Counted from the first letter of the stretch, positions 36,297-45,963 are shown. The stretch is 64,000 nt of DNA from Vulcanimicrobiota bacterium (GCA_050250895.1 JBFWNU010000001.1:2342210-2406209), one strand, 5' to 3'. The notes: a model not told the origin generated them from the sequence alone. Translations and numbers: made by a program.

Positions 36297-37028
36297 GTGG
36301 ACGATAGTCTCGACCTTTCCCGGCTGCCACGGCACGTGGCCGTGATCATGGATGGCAACCGGCGCTGGGCCAAAGAGCGCAAGCTTCCTGTCCTGCTCGG
36401 CCATCGGGCCGGGGTAAAGTCTTTTCGGCGCGTGCTCGAAACCTGCCGCGAGTTGGGCATCCGGCATCTGACCGCCTACGCCTTTTCGGCCGAGAACTGG
36501 CGGCGGGCGCCGGCCGAGGTGCGGGTGTTGATGCAACTGTTCGAGCAGTACACCCGTCGCGAGCGCGAGAAGCTTCGCCGAACGGGCATCTGCTTTCGCA
36601 CCATCGGGCGGATCGAGCTCCTGCCGCCCGAGGTGTGGCAAGAGTTTCGGCGCACGGAAGAGGCTACCGCCGATAACCGCGACATGATCTTGAACCTGGC
36701 CGTCAACTACGGCTCGCGTGACGAGATTGTCGAGGCCGCACGCCGGGTTTCTCGCGACTTGCGCGAGGGTAAACTCCAAGAGGACGAGTTGGACGAAGAG
36801 CGATTCGGCCGGTATCTGTGGACAGGTGACCAGCCCGACCCGGACTTGCTCATTCGCACCAGCGGAGAGCTGAGGGTTTCGAACTTTCTCCTCTGGCAAC
36901 TCGCCTACACGGAATTCTATTTCACGCCGCTCTACTGGCCCGATATCGATCGCCGCGTCCTGATGGACGCACTGCTTGAGTATCAACAGCGGGAGCGCCG
37001 CTACGGAGGCACTGCCGTCTCGTCATGA
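36297..37028 (+). CDS. uppS: Ditrans,polycis-undecaprenyl-diphosphate synthase
   Basis: HVAVIMDGNRRWAKER signature. Confidence 0.85.
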   Translation: MDDSLDLSRLPRHVAVIMDGNRRWAKERKLPVLLGHRAGVKSFRRVLETCRELGIRHLTAYAFSAENWRRAPAEVRVLMQLFEQYTRREREKLRRTGICFRTIGRIELLPPEVWQEFRRTEEATADNRDMILNLAVNYGSRDEIVEAARRVSRDLREGKLQEDELDEERFGRYLWTGDQPDPDLLIRTSGELRVSNFLLWQLAYTEFYFTPLYWPDIDRRVLMDALLEYQQRERRYGGTAVSS

Positions 37029-37843
37029 ACGAACCCGCTCAACCCCAGAGTTCTCTCCTACGCCGGGTCATCACCGGCTTGCTGCTGTCGGTGGCCACCC
37101 TGGCCATGATCTGGTTGGGGGTCATTCCCTTCGCCATTCAGGTGCTGGTCCTGGCCGGCTTTGGTCTCGACGAATACTTCGGCATGGCCGAAAAGAAGGG
37201 CCTGAGACCGGCTCGTAGCCTGGGCAAGATCGCCGGCATGGTCATTCTCGTGGGAGCGGTTTTTCTCTCTGAAGCCCAGCTCACACGCCTGTTGATGGTG
37301 GCCATCATTTCCATTTGCGTGGTCATCGTGCTGCGCTCGCGCGATTACGTGTCCACCTTTTTGGCCGGTTCGTCGACCGTGTTGGGCGTGGTCTATCTGG
37401 GCTGGATGTTCTCGTTTATCATCCTGCTGCGGCGGCTCGATCACGGCGCGGCCCTGGTAACCCTGCTGGTGGTGGCCTCGGCTTTCACCGATATGGGTGG
37501 TTACTTCATCGGACGCTGGCTTGGCCGCATCAAGCTTTATCCCACCGTCAGTCCCAAGAAGACGGTAGAGGGGTCGCTGGGTGCGGTGGTCTTTGCCCTG
37601 GCCGCCTGCTGGTGGGTGGGGGCCTGGCTCTCGATCGCTCCCATTCATCGCTTCGGCCTGGGCCTCTTGGTGGCGGTGGTGGGTCAACTGGGCGACCTGT
37701 TCGAGTCGGCCCTCAAGCGCGACGTCGGGGTGAAAGATTCCGGCACCGTCATCGCCGGTCACGGCGGGGCCCTGGACCGCTTTGACTCGTTGACTTTCTC
37801 CTCCCCGCTGTTTTATCTCTATGCGGTGACTTTCGCCTTATGA
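37025..37843 (+). CDS. cdsA: Phosphatidate cytidylyltransferase
   Basis: Multi-TM protein carrying the CdsA C-terminal signature DMGGYFIGRWLGRIKLYPTVSPKKTVEGSLGAVVFAL. Confidence 0.85.
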   Translation: MNEPAQPQSSLLRRVITGLLLSVATLAMIWLGVIPFAIQVLVLAGFGLDEYFGMAEKKGLRPARSLGKIAGMVILVGAVFLSEAQLTRLLMVAIISICVVIVLRSRDYVSTFLAGSSTVLGVVYLGWMFSFIILLRRLDHGAALVTLLVVASAFTDMGGYFIGRWLGRIKLYPTVSPKKTVEGSLGAVVFALAACWWVGAWLSIAPIHRFGLGLLVAVVGQLGDLFESALKRDVGVKDSGTVIAGHGGALDRFDSLTFSSPLFYLYAVTFAL

Positions 37844-39003
37844 AGAAGATCAGTCTGATCGGCTCGACCGGCTCGATCGGAACCCAGACTCTGGACGTGG
37901 TCGAGGCCAACCCCGACCGCTATCGGGTGGTCGCCCTGGCCGCCCGGCGCTCGTGGCAACTGCTGGCCGAACAGGCCCGCAAGTTCGAGCCGGCGGTGGT
38001 GGCCACCCTCGACGAAGAAGCCGCCGCACAGCTGGAAGGCGCGCTGGCCGATACCGACATCAAGGTACTCGCCGGAATGGACGGGGTGGTTCAGGCTGCC
38101 GCCTGGGCCGGCACCGACCTGACCGTCTCGTCCCTGGTGGGAATGGCCGGCTTGCTGCCGACCCTGGCCGCTCTCGAGGCCGGCATCTCGGTGGCCCTGG
38201 CTAACAAAGAGGCGCTGGTGGTGGGAGGCGACCTGGTCACCCGCGCGGCCCAGGCCAACGGCTGCCACCTGCTGCCCATCGACTCCGAGCACTCGGCCAT
38301 CTTTCAGTGTCTACAGGGAGAGCAGCGCGCTCAGGTTTCACGCCTCATTCTGACCGCCTCGGGCGGGCCGTTTCGCACCTTCGCCAGGGCACGCCTCACC
38401 CAGGTCAAGGCCAGCGACGCGCTCAAGCACCCCACCTGGGACATGGGAGCCAAGATCACGATCGACTCAGCCAGCCTGATGAACAAAGGCTTCGAGGTGC
38501 TCGAGGCCAAGCATTTGTTCGGCCTGCCGCTGGACATGGTGGATGTCTGGGTGCATCCCCAGAGCATCGTGCATTCCCTGGTCGAGTTCATCGACGGTTC
38601 GGTCATCGCCCAGTTGGGTCCGCCCGACATGCGTACCCCCATCCAATACGCCCTGTCCTATCCCGAGCGTATCGCCCCCATCTGGTCGCGGCTCGAGTTA
38701 CCGGCCATGGCCAACCTCAGCTTCGAGGCCCCGCGCTGGGACGACTTTCCCTGTTTGCGCCTGGCTTTCGAGGCCGGCCGCCAGGGAGGATCGATGCCGG
38801 CCGTGCTCAACGCCGCCAACGAGGTGGCCGTGGCCGCTTTTCTCGAAGACCAGATCACCTTCCTCGACATCCCCCGCATCCTCCAGGCCACCTGTGCGGC
38901 CCATACCCTGATCGCCGAGCCAACCGTCGACAATTTGCTGGAAGTGGATGCCTGGGCCCGTGCTTTTGCCGCTAAAGTAGGGGCCGCACCCATCAACGTA
39001 TAA
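37840..39003 (+). CDS. dxr: 1-deoxy-D-xylulose 5-phosphate reductoisomerase
   Basis: MKKISLIGSTGSIGTQTLDVV... is the Dxr N-terminal NADPH-binding motif. Confidence 0.9.
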   Translation: MKKISLIGSTGSIGTQTLDVVEANPDRYRVVALAARRSWQLLAEQARKFEPAVVATLDEEAAAQLEGALADTDIKVLAGMDGVVQAAAWAGTDLTVSSLVGMAGLLPTLAALEAGISVALANKEALVVGGDLVTRAAQANGCHLLPIDSEHSAIFQCLQGEQRAQVSRLILTASGGPFRTFARARLTQVKASDALKHPTWDMGAKITIDSASLMNKGFEVLEAKHLFGLPLDMVDVWVHPQSIVHSLVEFIDGSVIAQLGPPDMRTPIQYALSYPERIAPIWSRLELPAMANLSFEAPRWDDFPCLRLAFEAGRQGGSMPAVLNAANEVAVAAFLEDQITFLDIPRILQATCAAHTLIAEPTVDNLLEVDAWARAFAAKVGAAPINV

Positions 39004-39013
39004 GTTCACCGAC

Positions 39014-40822
39014 GTGGAAGCCTTACTCAGAATCTTGCTCGGACTGCTGGCCGTCGTGGGCGCGTTCGGATTTATCATCTTCATCCATGAGATGGGACAC
39101 TTTCTAGCCGCTCGGGCGGTAGGTATTCGGTGCCCCGACTTCGCCATCGGCTTTGGCCCTTCGTTGTTCGAGTTTCGCTGGCGGGGCACCCGGTTTGCGG
39201 TTCGTCTGTTCCCCATCGGTGGTTACGTCTTGATGACCGGCGAAGAGCCCGAAGCTAACGACCACGAGACCTGGCACGACCGGGTCCATCGCGTCCTGGG
39301 CGGTTGCTCGCTGCCGGCCACCCCTAAGGAGCTACGCGCCTATCTAGAAGAACGGCGAGATTCTCTGCTCGAGAACGGGCTCAGCCAGCAGGCCATCGAC
39401 GAGGTGGACGAGCACCTGAGGTTTCTGGCCGACAAGAGCTATCCCAACCTCGAGCAGGTCGAAGGCAACTTCAATCACCGGACCATCCCCCAACGCATGC
39501 TGGTGATCTCGGGCGGGGTGCTGATGAACTTTGCCGCCACCATCCTGATTCTGGTGTTCTCTGGACTGGTCTATGGGCGGGGCGATATCTTCTCGGATTT
39601 CACTCCTCGGGTACGCGAAGCCATGAAGGACCGTCCGGCTGCAGCGGCGGGCCTCGAGCAAGGTGACAAAATCGTGAGTGTGGGCGGAGTCGAGCTGCTC
39701 TCGGGGGCCGACATGATCGATGTGCTGGGCCAGTATCCCGGCCAGAAGGTTGCCCTGACTTTCACCCGCTGGGACGAGCCCCCTCGCACGGTCGAGGTGG
39801 TCCCCGATCTGGCCTCGAAGGGTATCGTTTTTCGGGGGTCGCCGCCCCGGGTTGTGGCCGATCAAGAGCCGCTCAAAGCCGGCCAGGTGGTGACCGCGGT
39901 CAATGGTCAACCGGTAGCTGACATCGTCGCGATGGCCGACGCCCTCAAACAAGCGCTCGCCGACAAGAAGAGCGACCAGGAGGTCGAGGTGGCTCTCACC
40001 CTCGAGGGCGTCGCTGATCCAATCAAGCTCAAAGGCGAAGCCGACCAGCTCGCGCCCAGAGGCCAGATTGGCGTTTTGTTGGGCTCGGTCGCGCGCATCC
40101 ATCTCGAGACGGAGAAGACCACCACCGTCACCGAAGTGACGCCCGACAGTCTGGCCGCCAGGATGGGCATCCAGCCCGGCGACAAACTGGTGAGTATCAA
40201 TGGCTATGACGCTTTTTCGCCGGCCACCGAAGTGGGCCACGGCTCGCTGGTCAGCTTTGCCCTCGAGCGCCTCGCCCAACGTGACGGGCCCATTCAATAC
40301 CAGGTTCTAGTAGCTCGGGGTGATGACTTCGAACTGCTCAAGGCCGAGGGGCGGGCCGCTAACCTCGATGAATTGGGCGTGTCCCTCACTCCCCTCGGCT
40401 TCGGGGCCATCGTCAAGTCGCCCCTGGACTGGATCGAGCACTCCGTCACCATTCCCGTCAAGTTGCTCGTGGGGTGGTGGAGTGGCCGGGTCGAGGGCAA
40501 GGAAATCGCCCAGGGAGTGTCCGGGCCGATTGGTATCATGCAGACGATCTATGTGATCTCGCACAACGGACTGGCTGCCTTTCTCTTCTTCCTGGGGCTG
40601 CTCAATGCCGCCGTCGGCGGGTTCAACCTGATCCCTTTTCCGGCGCTTGATGGCAGCCGGCTGCTGATCCTGATGCTGGCCGGCTTGCGCGGGCGCGAGT
40701 TTGATCCCGACAAAGAAGCACGGTTCCACTTCACGGGTCTGGTGATTCTGCTGACCCTGGTGATCTTCGTGACCTTCTTCGATGTGCAGCGGCTGTTCGG
40801 CGGCTCGCTGCCTATTGAGTAA
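39014..40822 (+). CDS. rseP: RIP zinc metalloprotease (site-2 protease, RseP family) with multiple PDZ domains; 602 aa
   Basis: HEMGHFLAARAVG is the HExxH motif in TM1. PDZ-like segments include GLEQGDKIVSVGG and GIQPGDKLVSING. A C-terminal LDGSR motif is present. Confidence 0.8.
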   Translation: MEALLRILLGLLAVVGAFGFIIFIHEMGHFLAARAVGIRCPDFAIGFGPSLFEFRWRGTRFAVRLFPIGGYVLMTGEEPEANDHETWHDRVHRVLGGCSLPATPKELRAYLEERRDSLLENGLSQQAIDEVDEHLRFLADKSYPNLEQVEGNFNHRTIPQRMLVISGGVLMNFAATILILVFSGLVYGRGDIFSDFTPRVREAMKDRPAAAAGLEQGDKIVSVGGVELLSGADMIDVLGQYPGQKVALTFTRWDEPPRTVEVVPDLASKGIVFRGSPPRVVADQEPLKAGQVVTAVNGQPVADIVAMADALKQALADKKSDQEVEVALTLEGVADPIKLKGEADQLAPRGQIGVLLGSVARIHLETEKTTTVTEVTPDSLAARMGIQPGDKLVSINGYDAFSPATEVGHGSLVSFALERLAQRDGPIQYQVLVARGDDFELLKAEGRAANLDELGVSLTPLGFGAIVKSPLDWIEHSVTIPVKLLVGWWSGRVEGKEIAQGVSGPIGIMQTIYVISHNGLAAFLFFLGLLNAAVGGFNLIPFPALDGSRLLILMLAGLRGREFDPDKEARFHFTGLVILLTLVIFVTFFDVQRLFGGSLPIE

Positions 40823-42011
40823 CTTCCAGGGCCATCAGGCTGAAGTCGTCGCGGAGCGGGCGTTGCGAAAAGGCGTGCACCCGCCGTTCGATGGTCTTGA
40901 GCAGCTCCGAGACTCCCCGGTCCAGGTGCTGGCGCAGATGGCTTTCGAGCCCTTCCAGGCCGAAGAACTGGCGAGCCGGGTCGCGCACTTCCACCACTCC
41001 GTCGCTATAGATCAGCAGGCGGTCGCCCGCTTCGAGCTGCAATCGTCCCTCTTCCCAGCGGGCCTCGGGACGAATTCCGATGGGGATGCCGCCCTCCATC
41101 AGGCGGCGAATCTGGCCGTTTTGCTTGATGAGCAAGGGGGGCAAGTGACCGGCCCGGCTGTATTGCAGCTCGAGCGTACGGTGGTTGAGCACCCCGTAGA
41201 AGAAGGTGAAGAAGGTCGAGGCGTCACCGCTGTGGTTGTCGCGGTTGAGAATCTCGAACACCTCCGAGGGTGAGCAGATACGATAGTGGGGCGGCTCGCT
41301 GAGGGCTTTCTTGAGGGGGGTGTTGAGGCTCATGTCGGGGGTGAGGATGCGATGGATCCCCACCGAGAGCATCACCGCCTGCACGCCATGTCCACAGACG
41401 TCGAGCATATAGAAGGCGATGTGGTCCTCGGTCAGTCGGAAGATGTTCAGCGAGTCGCCGCTGACGTAGTGGCAAGGTAGAAAGGTGTAGTCGAAGCGAA
41501 TGCTCCCCAGTTCGGGTAGGCGCGAGGGCAACAGGGCCCGCTGGGCCTCTTCGGCCGAGCGCAGGTCGGCCTCGAGCAGTTGCGCCTTCTGCTCGAGTTG
41601 TTGCACGGTCTTTTGCAGGTCGCGCTTGAGGTTGAGAACCCTGAGCCCGGCTCGGATGCGGGCCCGCAACTCGTCGGCTTCAAACGGCTTGACCAGGTAG
41701 TCGTCGGCGCCGAGGTCCAGGCCCAGCACCCGGTCTTCGGCTCTCCACTTGACGGTCAGCATCAAAAAGAAGGGTTGGGCGATGTCGGTGTGTTCGCGCA
41801 CATGGCGAAGCAGTTCCGGCCCGTCCATCCTCGGCATCATCCAGTCCGAGATGATGATGTCTGGTTGGTGGCGCATGAAAAGCTCGACCGCTTCCTGGCC
41901 GTCTTCGGCCAGAAGGACGTGGTAATTCGGTTCCGAGCTTAGACTGTTGAGTAACAGGCTGCGCGAGATCGGATCGTCATCGGCGATCAGGATCGTCAGG
42001 GTCTCGCCCAT
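40812..42011 (-). CDS. Response regulator with a PP2C/SpoIIE-type Ser/Thr phosphatase output domain (RsbU-like)
   Basis: Receiver domain ILIADDDPISRSLL...DWMMPRMDG, followed by a PPM domain (FYMLDVCGHGVQAVMLS...). Confidence 0.8.
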   Translation of the reverse strand: MGETLTILIADDDPISRSLLLNSLSSEPNYHVLLAEDGQEAVELFMRHQPDIIISDWMMPRMDGPELLRHVREHTDIAQPFFLMLTVKWRAEDRVLGLDLGADDYLVKPFEADELRARIRAGLRVLNLKRDLQKTVQQLEQKAQLLEADLRSAEEAQRALLPSRLPELGSIRFDYTFLPCHYVSGDSLNIFRLTEDHIAFYMLDVCGHGVQAVMLSVGIHRILTPDMSLNTPLKKALSEPPHYRICSPSEVFEILNRDNHSGDASTFFTFFYGVLNHRTLELQYSRAGHLPPLLIKQNGQIRRLMEGGIPIGIRPEARWEEGRLQLEAGDRLLIYSDGVVEVRDPARQFFGLEGLESHLRQHLDRGVSELLKTIERRVHAFSQRPLRDDFSLMALEVTQ

Positions 42012-42083
42012 AGCCGGTCAGTTTGACATCTGGCGCGGTCCTTCCCCCAGGACTTTGGGTGAGACTGGGGAACAGCCAGCCCC

Positions 42084-43082
42084 ATGAGCCGGACTCCCCG
42101 TCGCGATAGCAAGCGCCGTCAGGTGGACACCCAGGAGGCCGAGAAGGTGCTCCGCTCGGGGGGGCTAGTGGCCTTTCCCACCGAGTTCGGCTATCGCCTG
42201 GCCGGCTCGGCCCGTCGTCCCGAGACCATCGCTCGTCTGCGCGAGCGAACCGGGCGCCAGAGTTCGCGGCCACTCATCCTGACGATGGGCGGGTTGGAGC
42301 AGGCCGAAGAGTTTGCCGAGGTCAGCCAGTCGGCCGAAGCCTTATGGGAGATCTTTGCCCCGGGGCCGTTGGTCACGTTGTTAGCCCGCCGGCCCGAGGT
42401 GGATCCCGCGATCAGTCATACTCTCAAGGTGGGCGTGCATTTTCCGTCGCACCCCCTGGCCCGCCAGCTACTGCGAGACTTCGAGCCGCTCGTGAGCAGC
42501 GGGGTCAGGGCCCGCGAGCTGGCTGATTATGTGCTCGAGGCTCAGGACCCACCGCTGGAGCTGGTGGCCACCGTGGTTGACGCCACTTCGCACCCGGTCC
42601 GTCTGATCGAGTCGGGCTTCATCTCCACTCGCGAGCTGGAGTTCGCCCTGGGCCATCGACCTTTGCTTTCGGGCGACGAAGCTTGTCCCCGGCGCTTTAC
42701 CCGCTTTCGTCCCGAGGTCACCATTCTAGCGGTAGTGGGGGATCCTCAGCGCACGGCTCGGCGTCTGCGCAACCTGCGCGACTCTTTCCGCCTGTCGCAA
42801 AGCGTGAGGATGCTGGTTTCGACCGAGCTCGCCGAGGAGCATTTCGCTGACGAATCGGGGGTGATCCGACTGGGTAGCCGCAACCGACCCGAAGAGTTCG
42901 AGGCGCAATTGTTCTTGCAACTGGGCGACCTCGAGCGCCAGACCTCGGGGGTGGCCCTGATCGAGGGGCTGGCCGGCAGCCCGAGCGTGATGGAGCGCCT
43001 CGAGCAGTTGGCTCAACAAGTCATCAACACGGATAATCCCGGCTATTCGGGCATCGGGGTCGAGGAGTCGGCCTCGCAATGA
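42084..43082 (+). CDS. YrdC/Sua5-family protein (L-threonylcarbamoyladenylate synthase-like) with a C-terminal extension
   Basis: The YrdC-like N-terminal region reads LRSGGLVAFPTEFGYRLAGSA. 332 aa. Confidence 0.55.
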   Translation: MSRTPRRDSKRRQVDTQEAEKVLRSGGLVAFPTEFGYRLAGSARRPETIARLRERTGRQSSRPLILTMGGLEQAEEFAEVSQSAEALWEIFAPGPLVTLLARRPEVDPAISHTLKVGVHFPSHPLARQLLRDFEPLVSSGVRARELADYVLEAQDPPLELVATVVDATSHPVRLIESGFISTRELEFALGHRPLLSGDEACPRRFTRFRPEVTILAVVGDPQRTARRLRNLRDSFRLSQSVRMLVSTELAEEHFADESGVIRLGSRNRPEEFEAQLFLQLGDLERQTSGVALIEGLAGSPSVMERLEQLAQQVINTDNPGYSGIGVEESASQ

Positions 43083-43801
43083 ACTTTGCTCTGCTCGAGA
43101 GCTGGCCCGAGCTGGCTTCGACCAATGACCGGGTGCGCGAGTTGGCCGAGCTTGGCGCGGCCGAAGGCAGCTCGGTGGTGGCCGACCGTCAGAGCGGCGG
43201 GCGAGGTCGCCTGGGTCGCGTCTGGCATTCGCCCGAGGGCGGGCTTTGGGTCTCGACCTTGCTGCGTCCCGAGCAGGCCGACGGCTTGTCGCTATTAGGG
43301 GCGTTGGCTTGCCGCCGAGCCCTGGCGGGGTTCGGCTTCGAGTGCCGGGTCCGCTGGCCCAACGACCTTCTGCTGAGCGGCAAGAAGGTAGCTGGCGTGC
43401 TGGTAGAGACCCGGCTGCGCGGAGCCGGATGTGATTTTGCCGTGCTGGGCCTGGGGGTGAATGTGGCCGTGAAAGAGTTTCCGCCCGAGCTGACCGAGAT
43501 CGCTACCAGCCTTTGTCTGGAAGGTTCGGCACCCTCGCGCGAACAGGTCCTGGCCGCTTATGTCCAGCAGCTCGAGTCGCTCTATCAAGAACTGCGCAGT
43601 CACGGGGTTGCCTCATTGGTAGCCGAGGCCAATGCTCATCTCGATCTGGTCGACCGGGCCATCGAGCTCGAGCTGGGTGAGCAGACGGTCCGGGGGCGAC
43701 TGGCGGGTCTTGACCCGCGCGGAGGGTTGGTGCTTGCCGATGGTAGGGTATACTATTCTGCTGAGCGCCTGCGACCTGCAGGACCGATTCTCGAGGATTG
43801 A
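43079..43801 (+). CDS. birA: Biotin--[acetyl-CoA-carboxylase] ligase (catalytic domain only; no N-terminal HTH)
   Basis: GRGRLGRVWHSPEGGLWVSTLLRP is the BirA signature. Confidence 0.8.
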   Translation: MNFALLESWPELASTNDRVRELAELGAAEGSSVVADRQSGGRGRLGRVWHSPEGGLWVSTLLRPEQADGLSLLGALACRRALAGFGFECRVRWPNDLLLSGKKVAGVLVETRLRGAGCDFAVLGLGVNVAVKEFPPELTEIATSLCLEGSAPSREQVLAAYVQQLESLYQELRSHGVASLVAEANAHLDLVDRAIELELGEQTVRGRLAGLDPRGGLVLADGRVYYSAERLRPAGPILED

Positions 43802-43813
43802 GAAGGTGCCAAC

Positions 43814-44017
43814 ATGTCCGTCTATAAAATGACCGAAATTGTGGGAGTGTCCAGCGAGAGCTTTGCCGATGCTATCGAAAAAGCCATCGCCGAGGCCACC
43901 AAAGCGGTTGGACGGATGGCCTGGTTCGAGGTGGCCGAGCAGCGCGGAACCATCGAGATGGGCCAGATTCGCGAGTATCAGGTCAAGCTTAACGTGGGCT
44001 TTCGCATCTCAGACTAG
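43814..44017 (+). CDS. Dodecin (flavin-binding small protein)
   Basis: The 67-aa protein MSVYKMTEIVGVSSESFADAIEKAIAEATKAVGRMAWFEVAEQRGTIEMGQIREYQVKLNVGFRISD matches the dodecin pattern. Confidence 0.8.
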   Translation: MSVYKMTEIVGVSSESFADAIEKAIAEATKAVGRMAWFEVAEQRGTIEMGQIREYQVKLNVGFRISD

Positions 44018-45155
44018 CGCCGGGGCCTTCGATCGGCTGAATCCAGGCCGCCTCGGTTTCGGGCGGGCGCGACGAGTTCTCTTTAGGTTGTGACGAACTG
44101 ACCTTGGCCCGCAGATAGAGTTCGTCCCCGGCGAAGTGATAACCGGGCTCGGTGCCTTCGACGATGGCCAGCACCTCGGCCGGTTGGCCGCCCCGGCTGC
44201 CGATGAATTGGGTCGAATATTCCACTCCGGGAGTCGGCTTGATGGTCAGCTGCATCCCCGTCGCGAAGCTTTCGATAGCGGCCAGTTCCACGCCCGTGCT
44301 GGAGTAGAATTGGCCGTCCTTCATCGCCGCCATCAGCGAGTTGGCCGAAAGCTCGTCGGCCTCCACCATGACCCAGCCCCGGCCCGGGTTGCTCTGGGCG
44401 GGGTCCAGCCGGTGATAGTCGTGAGCGTCGTCGGTGGCCAGACCATAAACCAAACTGTCTCCCTGGCACAGCCTCCCCACCAGGGCTTGGTCCCACAGCT
44501 TTTCGGTGCTCGCGTGGTTGGCGTCGCCCGCGTCGGCCGACAACCAGTGCCCGTTGTAAGCCTCGAAGAAGACCGGCTCGTCGGTCCTTAGCTGGATGAG
44601 GTCGCTGGCATTGAGGGTGTAGTGGTAGTTGGGATGGTTGATGACCACCAGGTCGGCGGCCTGGGAGGCCAGTTGGTGGTCGCGGTTGAGCTTTTCCCCG
44701 GCGGTTTCGCCCCCCAGCGGAGCGAGCGGGTGGTCAAGGTTGTGGGCGTTGAGGTGAAGGTGCTCGCTGTCGGTCAGTTCCTCGCTCTGGATGAGCAGGA
44801 ACTGGTCGGGCTGCTCGAACTTGTCCCGGTACTCTGCTAACGTCTTGAGGCGAACCTGGCCGTCGGGCCGCTGTTCGACCCACTGGTCACCGAACTCCTG
44901 GCGATAGCGCTCGACCTTGTCGGGGCTGGTGCCGACCCACTTTTCTCCCTCTTGCAGCCGATTGTGCTCGGTCAAAGCGAGAAAGTGATAGCCGCGTTGC
45001 TGGTAGTCATCGACGGCCTGCTCGGGAAAAGCCTGGCCATCGCTCCACAGGGTATGGGTGTGCATGTTGCCCTTGTACCAGTTGGGTGCCGCCTGGGCCG
45101 AGACGAACGGCGTCACCGCCATCATGGCTGCACACACCAGGCTTCGCGTCTTCAT
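43989..45155 (-). CDS. Secreted PHP-domain metal-dependent hydrolase (CehA/McbA-like)
   Basis: Signal peptide, then NMHTHTLWSDG and LALTEHN, which are PHP metal-binding motifs. Confidence 0.7.
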   Translation of the reverse strand: MKTRSLVCAAMMAVTPFVSAQAAPNWYKGNMHTHTLWSDGQAFPEQAVDDYQQRGYHFLALTEHNRLQEGEKWVGTSPDKVERYRQEFGDQWVEQRPDGQVRLKTLAEYRDKFEQPDQFLLIQSEELTDSEHLHLNAHNLDHPLAPLGGETAGEKLNRDHQLASQAADLVVINHPNYHYTLNASDLIQLRTDEPVFFEAYNGHWLSADAGDANHASTEKLWDQALVGRLCQGDSLVYGLATDDAHDYHRLDPAQSNPGRGWVMVEADELSANSLMAAMKDGQFYSSTGVELAAIESFATGMQLTIKPTPGVEYSTQFIGSRGGQPAEVLAIVEGTEPGYHFAGDELYLRAKVSSSQPKENSSRPPETEAAWIQPIEGPGASLRCESPR

Positions 45156-45237
45156 GGCCTTAGCTTAGAGAAGCCGTGTCACGACCTCGTTAAACCCGGC
45201 CCGGTCTTCGGTCTCTTCCCGCGATCTTTCCCCGAGG

Positions 45238-45318
45238 TCCCCCACTCCGTCCCACCTATCCCACTTCGCCCCACTCACCCCACTATGCCCCACCACCTCC
45301 ACTTCATCCCACCCGCCA
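45238..45318. repeat. Short-period CCCAC(T)-rich tract: about 8 tandem units of 8-11 bp
   Basis: cccactccgt cccacctat cccacttcg ccccactca ccccactatg ccccaccacct ccacttcat cccacccgcc, read directly. It lies between clpS and the PHP hydrolase start. Confidence 0.7.
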
Positions 45319-45360
45319 ACCGGGCTTCTACCGTCTACCGACTGAGCCAACGACGGAAAA

Positions 45361-45666
45361 CTAGAAGTCGTCGACTTCGACCTGTAAGCCGTGGCTGCGC
45401 AACTGGGCCGCTACCCGGTGGCACTTCTCGCGAGTGCCTTCGTAGCAGACGGCTCGGCCCTGAGTGTGGGCGGTGTGGGTCACGTGGCTGGCCACCTCGT
45501 GGGAGCAGCCGGTCGCTTTCTGGATCCAGAGCACCACGTCGTCAAACTTGTGGACGTGGTCGTTGTAGAGAATCACCCGCCAGTTCCTTTCCGGGCGGGA
45601 TTTTCTTTCGGTGTCCTGATGGGTCTGCGTATCCGGAAGTGCGGTGCTCACGTCGCCAACCATCAT
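45361..45666 (-). CDS. clpS: ATP-dependent Clp protease adaptor ClpS
   Basis: WRVILYNDHVHKFDDVVLWIQKATGCSHEVASHVTHTAHTQGRAVC aligns with the ClpS core [24 protein letters not shown]...AVHYQGKAIC. Confidence 0.75.
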   Translation of the reverse strand: MMVGDVSTALPDTQTHQDTERKSRPERNWRVILYNDHVHKFDDVVLWIQKATGCSHEVASHVTHTAHTQGRAVCYEGTREKCHRVAAQLRSHGLQVEVDDF

Positions 45667-45892
45667 ACCCCGGCGGGAGCGGAGGTATGCGCCGCGAGGG
45701 GCTCGAGTGGGAAGAGTGGGGGATTTCGGAGGGCTTCCTGCCCGGTTTGGACCAAAAATGGGAAAATCTTCAAAAAAAAATTGTGAACTTTTTTCACGCT
45801 GTTTCCCAGCATCTGGGGGGGTGGCCTCGTCGAGGGCCCTAGATGTAGTGGTTGGCTGTTTCTTTTATGTTGCTAACTGCTCAATGCCTTTG

Positions 45893-45922
45893 TTGACAGC
45901 GATTCACGGCCGTGCTTATAAT
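45893..45922 (+). promoter_or_regulatory. Consensus sigma70 promoter TTGACA-N18-TATAAT (Pmra) upstream of mraZ
   Basis: Read directly. Sequence just upstream is AT-rich. Confidence 0.6.
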
Positions 45923-45923
45923 T

Positions 45924-45950
45924 GTGGGGCGAGGTGGGGCAAAGTGGAGG
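45924..45950 (+). promoter_or_regulatory. Three direct TGGGG-like repeats at 10-bp spacing (GTGGGGC-gag-GTGGGGC-aaa-GTGGAGG); putative MraZ operator
   Basis: Matches the published TGGGN-N5 x3 MraZ binding architecture. Located between the -10 element and the mraZ start. Confidence 0.55.
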
Positions 45951-45963
45951 ACGATGGAACAGA

